Shown here piece after piece: positions 58,130-64,000 of a stretch of DNA of 64,000 nt (position 1 is the first letter of the stretch; the number at the start of each line of letters is the position of its first letter). The DNA is taken from contig CALVDL010000006.1 in assembly GCA_944326305.1 (NCBI GenBank), forward strand, positions 3,538-67,537. Reading direction: 5' to 3'. The position numbers and the translations under genes are program-made. The notes beneath the pieces are model-generated. The model was not told the DNA's origin and did not search any database. It was given only the letters and a program-made list of their open reading frames with translations. Source of the DNA: an uncultured Bacteroidales bacterium (GTDB lineage Bacteria; Bacteroidota; Bacteroidia; Bacteroidales; UBA932).

Positions 58130-59908
58130 ATGAAAGAATTTCTTAAAATGACCCTGGCCGCCATAGTAGGCTTCCTGGTGGTGAATGTGGTCCTGCTTTT
58201 CTTCTCTTTCGCACTTCTGGGCTCGCTGGCGGCCCTCGGAAGCAGCCAGCCTGTCATGCCCCGCACGGCGGTCCTGACTCTGGACATGTCCAGGACTGCA
58301 GTAAGCGAGCAGACGACAGAGCTTGACCCTATCAGCCAGATACAGGGGAACGATATATCCGTCATAGGGATCTGGGATGCCATCCAGGCGATTGACGCCG
58401 CAGCGGCGGACCCTGCCATAAAATATATGTATCTTAAGCCGGACAGGGCATCAGGCGGCATCGCCGAGCTTGAAGAGCTCAGGACAGCGATTGACAACTT
58501 CCGCAAGAGCGGCAAGGCTGTCATATCATACATGGAGAACCCTTCAACACCGGGATACTACCTTGCCACGGCATCCGACAAGATATACATGAGCGCCTAC
58601 GAAGGGAGCATGAACATGATAGCGGGCCTATCCTCACAGATGATCTTCCTCAAGGACATCCTGGACAAGCTCGGCATAAATGTACAGCTTATCCGCCACG
58701 GCAAATACAAATCGGCAGGTGAAATGTATGTCCGCAATGCATCAAGCCCGGAGAACCTTAAGCAGAACAGGGAACTTCTGGATGCAATATGGGGCAACTG
58801 GACAGAGACCATCGCATCTGCGCGCGAAATGAGCCAGGACAAGTTCAACTCCCTGATAGACGGGCTGGAGCTCAACTTCCCGGAGGATTTCCTGGAAAAC
58901 GGGCTTGTCGACGAGCTTGTCACATCAGACCAGATGAAACAGAAGCTGAGCGACTTTTTCGATGCAGGGATGACAGAAAATGTCCCTGTGATATCTCTTT
59001 CAGACTACGCGAAGCTGAAAGTAGTGCCTAATATCAAGGCAAAGAACAAGATAGCCGTAATATACGCAAACGGCAACATCATTGACGGGGATGACGTGGA
59101 GCAGGTGGCCGGAGACAGGTTCGCCTCTATCATCTCCGGAGTGCGCAAAGACTCCACAGTCAAGGCCGTAGTATTCCGTGTCAGCTCCCCGGGCGGAAGC
59201 GTATTCGCATCTGAAAAGATAAAGAATGAGATAGACCTGCTGCGAGAGAATAAGCCTGTCATCGCCTCGTACGGAGCTTATGCCGCATCCGGAGGATATT
59301 GGATATCAAGCAACTGCGACTATATATTCTCCAACGCGGGCACTCTCACCGGATCTATAGGCGTATTCAGCATGATACCTGAATTCAGCAAGACGCTTAA
59401 GGACATCGCCCATGTGAACATAACCACAGTGTCTACCAACAGGCATGGGGACATGTACTCCGGCACACGTCCTCTGGACAAGGCCGAGACCGAATATATG
59501 CAGGCTTCCGTGGAGCGTATCTACGACCGGTTTACTACGCTTGTGTCAGAAGGCCGCGGCATGGACAAGGACTACGTGGACTCCATAGCACAGGGCAGGG
59601 TATGGGCCGGAAGCGATGCGCTTGAACTCGGGCTTGTGGACAGGATCGGCACGATAAAAGATGCAATCATGTATGCGGCGTCATCCGCAAAAGGAGATTA
59701 CGGGCAGGATCTCTCCAACTGGCAGATAGTCGAATATCCGCGCCCTCTTACCACCATGGAGAAGATCATGGAGGTATTAGGAGGAAGCAGCGCAGAAGTA
59801 TTTGCGGGCACACCTCTGGAAAGTGTGGAAAAAGCATTCAAGGGCTGGTCCGAGACACAGAGCGGCCAGGTCTATGCGAGAATCCCTTATGAAATAGAGA
59901 TCAAATAA
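58130..59908 (+). CDS. sppA: Signal peptide peptidase A (67K type)
   Basis: N-terminal TM, RHGKYKSAGE, RVSSPGGS, AASGGYWIS, TLTGSIGVF and QGRVWAG motifs. Confidence 0.95.
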   Translation: MKEFLKMTLAAIVGFLVVNVVLLFFSFALLGSLAALGSSQPVMPRTAVLTLDMSRTAVSEQTTELDPISQIQGNDISVIGIWDAIQAIDAAAADPAIKYMYLKPDRASGGIAELEELRTAIDNFRKSGKAVISYMENPSTPGYYLATASDKIYMSAYEGSMNMIAGLSSQMIFLKDILDKLGINVQLIRHGKYKSAGEMYVRNASSPENLKQNRELLDAIWGNWTETIASAREMSQDKFNSLIDGLELNFPEDFLENGLVDELVTSDQMKQKLSDFFDAGMTENVPVISLSDYAKLKVVPNIKAKNKIAVIYANGNIIDGDDVEQVAGDRFASIISGVRKDSTVKAVVFRVSSPGGSVFASEKIKNEIDLLRENKPVIASYGAYAASGGYWISSNCDYIFSNAGTLTGSIGVFSMIPEFSKTLKDIAHVNITTVSTNRHGDMYSGTRPLDKAETEYMQASVERIYDRFTTLVSEGRGMDKDYVDSIAQGRVWAGSDALELGLVDRIGTIKDAIMYAASSAKGDYGQDLSNWQIVEYPRPLTTMEKIMEVLGGSSAEVFAGTPLESVEKAFKGWSETQSGQVYARIPYEIEIK

Positions 59909-59934
59909 ATAATTACGTAGAAGTTACAGATTAC

Positions 59935-59998
59935 CTGTCATTCCAGGCGCGGCGGAGAAACACCCTCCCAACAGGCAGCCTGGAATGACAGTTTTTTT
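59935..59998. repeat. 14-bp perfect inverted repeat (REP-like / terminator) between convergent sppA and cutC
   Basis: CTGTCATTCCAGGC-N29-GCCTGGAATGACAG followed by T7. Confidence 0.75.
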
Positions 59999-60756
59999 CA
60001 GGAATTGTGATTATTGAGGAGTGCGGCTATGGTGTCACGGACAGCATCCGCAGATGTGACACTGGTGGAGTAGTCCTCGCTGCCGTTTCCCATCGTAGCA
60101 GAAGGATTGCGGTAGACCATACGGCTCTCAAGCGTCTTCCTCGCTGAGAAATGGAATTCCCTGGCACCGGTGGATGCGGAGATACGCAGGATATTGGAAC
60201 TGTTGACCCCGCAGCCGGGCATGATGATGATACGGTCCCCCGCTTTCCTCACAAGGTCCGAAAGGAGTCCCCTTCCGAGATCGGCTGTGGCTTTCTGCCC
60301 CGAAGTAAGGATGCGCCGGCATCCCAGGCTCACTATTTTTTCCAGGGCATCGAACGGATCCATGGCATGGTCAAAGGCCCTGTGGAATGTCACGGGTATA
60401 TCTCCGGCGGCTTCCATGAGCAAGGACATGGAACGCATGTCCACATCGCCTTCGGGAGTCAGGCATCCGAACACGAGCCCGTCGGCACCATGTTCCTTCG
60501 CCGTCCCGATGTCATACAGCATCTCCTTTATCTCCCCCGGGGAATACAGAAAGTCCCCTCCGCGGGGACGGATTATCACATTCAGACCGATATCCACGGC
60601 CTCCCTTGCACAGCGTATCATCCCTGCCGAAGGGGTCGTGCCGCCTTCCGGTATGCCGGCACAAAGCTCAACCCTGTCAGCACCGCCTTCCCGGGCCGCT
60701 ATGCAGCTGGCCACTGAGTTGGCGCATATCTCTATCTTAAAATCAGACCGTTCCAT
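59998..60756 (-). CDS. cutC: Copper homeostasis protein CutC
   Basis: EICANSV, GADRVELC, EGGTTPS, IIRPRGGDF, TFHRAFD and RILTSGQ motifs. Confidence 0.96.
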   Translation of the reverse strand: MERSDFKIEICANSVASCIAAREGGADRVELCAGIPEGGTTPSAGMIRCAREAVDIGLNVIIRPRGGDFLYSPGEIKEMLYDIGTAKEHGADGLVFGCLTPEGDVDMRSMSLLMEAAGDIPVTFHRAFDHAMDPFDALEKIVSLGCRRILTSGQKATADLGRGLLSDLVRKAGDRIIIMPGCGVNSSNILRISASTGAREFHFSARKTLESRMVYRNPSATMGNGSEDYSTSVTSADAVRDTIAALLNNHNS

Positions 60757-62254
60757 TGTCCTGCCTTATACTTATTACAGTTATCTTTTCAGTGGTATTC
60801 CTCACCCTGGCCCCGTCATCGGACCTGACACCCAGCACGGCTGAAATACGGCATCCGCTGCCGCCTTCCTGCTGCGCTCCGGCCCGGAGTATGACTACAG
60901 CACGGGATTTGTCACTCAAACTGTATTTCAGGTCAGTAAACATGTCGCTGACCTTCTTTCTACCTTTCATCCCGAGAGGGACCATCCAGTCCCCTGCCTC
61001 CCATTTCCTGCACATGAACGGGAAAGGAAGCTTTGCGCTGTCGAAATACAGAGTACCGCGCGGGGCCTTGAGCGTTGCAAAAGAATCCCTGCGGGCCTCC
61101 TCGACGGAGAAAGACAGCCCGTTGAAATGATACAGTCCCGGGCCTTCCACCGTCATGGTTTCCCCGCGGTCGGCGAAAGGATCGGAGAACGCCGGAGAGA
61201 GCGTCCCCCTGCGGCGGCCCGAATAAAGGGCCCTGCCGCTATCCGTCCCGGACATTTCCTCTACTATAAGATCCCTGCCTGCAGTGACCACACGGTATTT
61301 TTCCGCATTGAAAACCTTCCCGGAAACTGTCCTGCCGCTTTTCAGCAGCTCTGTCAAGGAGAAAATCACCGGAGAAGAAAAACCATATTCTTCAAGAGTC
61401 CTGTAGAGCAGATACTCCCACTCGGGTGTTTCCATCAGACTGACTGTATCAATCCGGCGGGCGTCACCGGAGGACGGGACATGGCTTTCATAATACCTGT
61501 CAGCTATCCTGCCGACCTGCGAGAAATACGCCATCTCCCTGTTTATAGTCCTTATAAAGGACGGGTTAATCTGTTCCAGGACAGGGAATACCAGATTGCG
61601 GATCTTATTCCTCCTGTATTCCGTCCCGAAGTTGGTCCTGTCATCATGGTACTGCACCTTGCGGGCGAACATGAAGCCCTCTATCTGCTTTCTTGTAAAA
61701 CCGAGAAGGGGGCGGATCAGCGCCGCACGTCCGGCTTCGGGTACAGACGCCGGTTCCGGGACAACGGACAGAGGTTTCATCCCGGAGATCCCCTTAATTC
61801 CCGTTCCCCGCAAAAGATTGAGGAACAGGGTCTCGACATTGTCATTGGCATTATGTGCAACAGCTACGGCATCATAGCAGTTCTGTCCGCACAACTCTGA
61901 AAACCAGCCGTACCGGAGTACCCGTGCAGCCATCTCCGTACTGAGGCCGTTCCCGGAGGCATAAGCGAGGGTGTCGAACCTTACCCTGTGGAACTTCACA
62001 CCATTGCCATCCGCCCATTTCTCCACAAGAGCCTCATCCGAGTCACTTTCTTCTCCACGCAGAGAAAAATTGCAATGGGCAATGGCGAACCCGACATCCA
62101 CGGAGGAGCATCTGAAAAGTTCCGCCATGCACATTGAGTCGATTCCTCCGCTGACAGCCAGAAGCACAGACGGCCGCCTGCCGGACAGTTCCGGACGTCC
62201 GGAGGCCAGTTCTTCAAGCAATGCGGCCAGTATGGAGTCGAACGCCCGCTGCAT
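60743..62254 (-). CDS. tilS: tRNA(Ile)-lysidine synthase
   Basis: LAVSGGIDSM, HCNFSLRGEESD, AVAHNANDNVET, RPLL, RNKIR and GMKGRKKVSD motifs. ATG at 62254 preferred. Confidence 0.95.
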   Translation of the reverse strand: MQRAFDSILAALLEELASGRPELSGRRPSVLLAVSGGIDSMCMAELFRCSSVDVGFAIAHCNFSLRGEESDSDEALVEKWADGNGVKFHRVRFDTLAYASGNGLSTEMAARVLRYGWFSELCGQNCYDAVAVAHNANDNVETLFLNLLRGTGIKGISGMKPLSVVPEPASVPEAGRAALIRPLLGFTRKQIEGFMFARKVQYHDDRTNFGTEYRRNKIRNLVFPVLEQINPSFIRTINREMAYFSQVGRIADRYYESHVPSSGDARRIDTVSLMETPEWEYLLYRTLEEYGFSSPVIFSLTELLKSGRTVSGKVFNAEKYRVVTAGRDLIVEEMSGTDSGRALYSGRRRGTLSPAFSDPFADRGETMTVEGPGLYHFNGLSFSVEEARRDSFATLKAPRGTLYFDSAKLPFPFMCRKWEAGDWMVPLGMKGRKKVSDMFTDLKYSLSDKSRAVVILRAGAQQEGGSGCRISAVLGVRSDDGARVRNTTEKITVISIRQDNGTV

Positions 62255-62255
62255 G

Positions 62256-63368
62256 CTATGACTTCGTGGCGAATGTATAGACAAAACCGAAAGAAAGGGA
62301 CTCCTTGAACTGGACCCTCTGCTTTCCCTGAAGCCCCGCAGCTTTCTCTTCCGGAGTCACAATCAAAACATTGTCGTCATAAATCAAGTTTGTAATGATC
62401 GTGAAGGAAAAGAACTTCGCCAATTTCCAGTCTATCCTGGTATCCCAGTTCACGCGCAGGTTCTGCGGGTCGTCAAGATAGTCAGAGAACAGGACAACCT
62501 GCGATGAAAAAGCAAAGTTGTCATTGACATTGAATTTGAAATCGACTTTCAGCTGGGCACCGAACTCGAACTTTGCCGCCCGGTAGACATTACCGTCGAC
62601 AGTAGTCCCGTCCTCCAGCTTGGGAAGATCAGTGACATCTTCATACTTCTTTTTCAACGGCTGGCTGTAGGACGCCCTCAGCTGCGGATTGTCAACGATT
62701 ACAAAACCGCCCGTCAACGGTGCAAGGTTGACTGTAAGCCATGACAGGGGCTTGTAGTCAAGACCGAGCGCAAGATTGGTGTATGCAGGGGAAAGAAGAC
62801 CTGACTTATGCACCCTTGCGGCACGCCAGTCCTCCGCGCTGTATTCCTCCCCTTCCCCGAGGGCAGAGCCGTCTGCCTTCGAAGAAGGAGTAGGATATTC
62901 GTATGTGTTCGAGAACTGCGACCTGAAACTGAAGTTGGCTGAATAGTACAGCTCGTCCTTGGCCTGATACCCCCATTTGCTCTCCAGATAAATCCTGTCA
63001 TCACTCTTCTGCAATATCGGCTTGTCCGCAGAATACAGGAAGCCGTAATCGAGCTGAAGACGGTTGTTCCAGAACATCTTGTCCTTGCTGTAATTCGCAT
63101 TGGCATCAATGAAGGTCTTCAACGACACCGTGTTGTAACCACCGGCAGCCCAGTTAGTAAGCGAGGTCTGCCCGAAATCCAGCTTGGTCTGCAGGGAGTT
63201 GGTCCAGTACCGCACCTTCTTCACTTCCTCCGTCTTGGGCGCCGACTGCAATGCCACGGCGGCGTCCGCTGCAATCTTCTGCACATCGGACAGCTGGTTG
63301 TCCTGCGCCGAAGCAGCGAAGGCGGCAGCAAAAAGAATGGGCACTGCAATCAGACGGAATGATCTCAT
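62256..63368 (-). CDS. DUF3078-like outer-membrane beta-barrel protein
   Basis: Signal peptide, QTSLTNWAAGG, WNNRLQLDYG, LYYSANFSFRSQF and QRVQFKESLSFG. Family name is from recall. Confidence 0.75.
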   Translation of the reverse strand: MRSFRLIAVPILFAAAFAASAQDNQLSDVQKIAADAAVALQSAPKTEEVKKVRYWTNSLQTKLDFGQTSLTNWAAGGYNTVSLKTFIDANANYSKDKMFWNNRLQLDYGFLYSADKPILQKSDDRIYLESKWGYQAKDELYYSANFSFRSQFSNTYEYPTPSSKADGSALGEGEEYSAEDWRAARVHKSGLLSPAYTNLALGLDYKPLSWLTVNLAPLTGGFVIVDNPQLRASYSQPLKKKYEDVTDLPKLEDGTTVDGNVYRAAKFEFGAQLKVDFKFNVNDNFAFSSQVVLFSDYLDDPQNLRVNWDTRIDWKLAKFFSFTIITNLIYDDNVLIVTPEEKAAGLQGKQRVQFKESLSFGFVYTFATKS

Positions 63369-63386
63369 ATGTTTATAATATATTTA

Positions 63387-64000
63387 CTAATAAGATCTTG
63401 CAAAAAGCACCCTGCGGTGTGACGGTTTGCCGGAGTAGACGCATTTGCCTTCTTCTTCGCACACGGCTGTATCGATAGGGATGCATCTGATGGTAGCCTT
63501 GGTCTCCTCCTTGATCTTCTCTTCGGTCTCGGTAGTCCCGTCCCAGTGGCAGAGAAGGAAGCCACCATCCTCTATCTTTGCCTTGAATTCATCCCAGGTA
63601 TCCACCTTCACAATATGTTCATTCCTGAATTTCAAGGCTTTGTCATAAATATTATTCTGTATTTCATCCAACAGGTCCTCAATCCTCCTGCCGAGCCCTT
63701 CCTGCGGTACGGACGACTTTTCAAGAGTGTCCCTGCGGGCAAGCTCGACCTGGCCGTTCTCCAGGTCCCTAGGGCCTATGGCAATCCTTACCGGAACCCC
63801 CTTAAGCTCCCACTCGGCAAACTTGAATCCCGGACGCAGGGTGTCCCTGTCGTCTATCTTCACGGTATGCCCGTGCGCCTCGAGCTCTTTTTTGAGCTGC
63901 TCCATCTTGTCAAGGATGGCAGAGCGTTCCGCATCGCTCTTGTAGATAGGCACCATCACCACCTGTATTGGGGCGAGCGCCGGAGGGAGGACAAGGCCGT
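63387..64000 (-). CDS. proS: Proline--tRNA ligase (archaeal/eukaryote-like type; partial, 5' end beyond the right edge)
   Basis: Anticodon-binding domain ([24 protein letters not shown]) and C-terminal [26 protein letters not shown]. Confidence 0.95.
   Translation of the reverse strand, partial: GLVLPPALAPIQVVMVPIYKSDAERSAILDKMEQLKKELEAHGHTVKIDDRDTLRPGFKFAEWELKGVPVRIAIGPRDLENGQVELARRDTLEKSSVPQEGLGRRIEDLLDEIQNNIYDKALKFRNEHIVKVDTWDEFKAKIEDGGFLLCHWDGTTETEEKIKEETKATIRCIPIDTAVCEEEGKCVYSGKPSHRRVLFARSY

Noticed and set aside
1-64000. CRISPR array, rRNA, integrase, transposase, phage or toxin-antitoxin genes
   Set aside because: No regularly spaced repeats or recognisable motifs for these were found by eye.

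Overview
A 64-kb mostly core-genome window from a gut-type Bacteroidales bacterium. Evidence for the lineage: SusC/SusD with ECF sigma and FecR, TAnnTTTG promoters, a Bacteroidota-type ProRS C-terminus and nqrA-F. Left to right it holds the start of an ECF/anti-sigma-controlled PUL, a tricorn-like protease, a GT2-pyrC-EamA operon, ruvC, serS, rpmA, rplU, cobB and rpsU. Next come TPR, MBL and M28 genes, a GH84 + Ser-type sulfatase pair, uvrD, nqrABCDEF and glycerate kinase. Between tRNA-Gly(CCC) and tRNA-fMet lie a malY/patB gene and a four-gene AraC/MFP/RND/OMF efflux locus broken by three separate deletions. The right part has hisS, a radical SAM/SPASM gene flanked by two paralogous lipoproteins, split nfnAB, an HMA protein + TonB-dependent receptor, sppA, cutC, tilS, a DUF3078-like protein and partial proS. 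The best candidate for an under-described system is the rSAM/SPASM + lipoprotein unit. Both lipoproteins carry a YGxPYADFEV motif just after the lipobox Cys, like the XYG substrates of rSAM spliceases. The unit shares an identical ECF-like promoter motif (TGCAACGTT-N12-TGCATCT) with an unannotated 29-aa membrane peptide gene just downstream. Other notable items are a 165-bp structured insert bracketed by a duplicated tRNA-Gly 3' end, an M28 protein missing most catalytic residues, an internally deleted aquaporin remnant and several strong Shine-Dalgarno motifs. No CRISPR array, rRNA, integrase or transposase was seen. Family assignments come from motif recognition by eye, not database searches.
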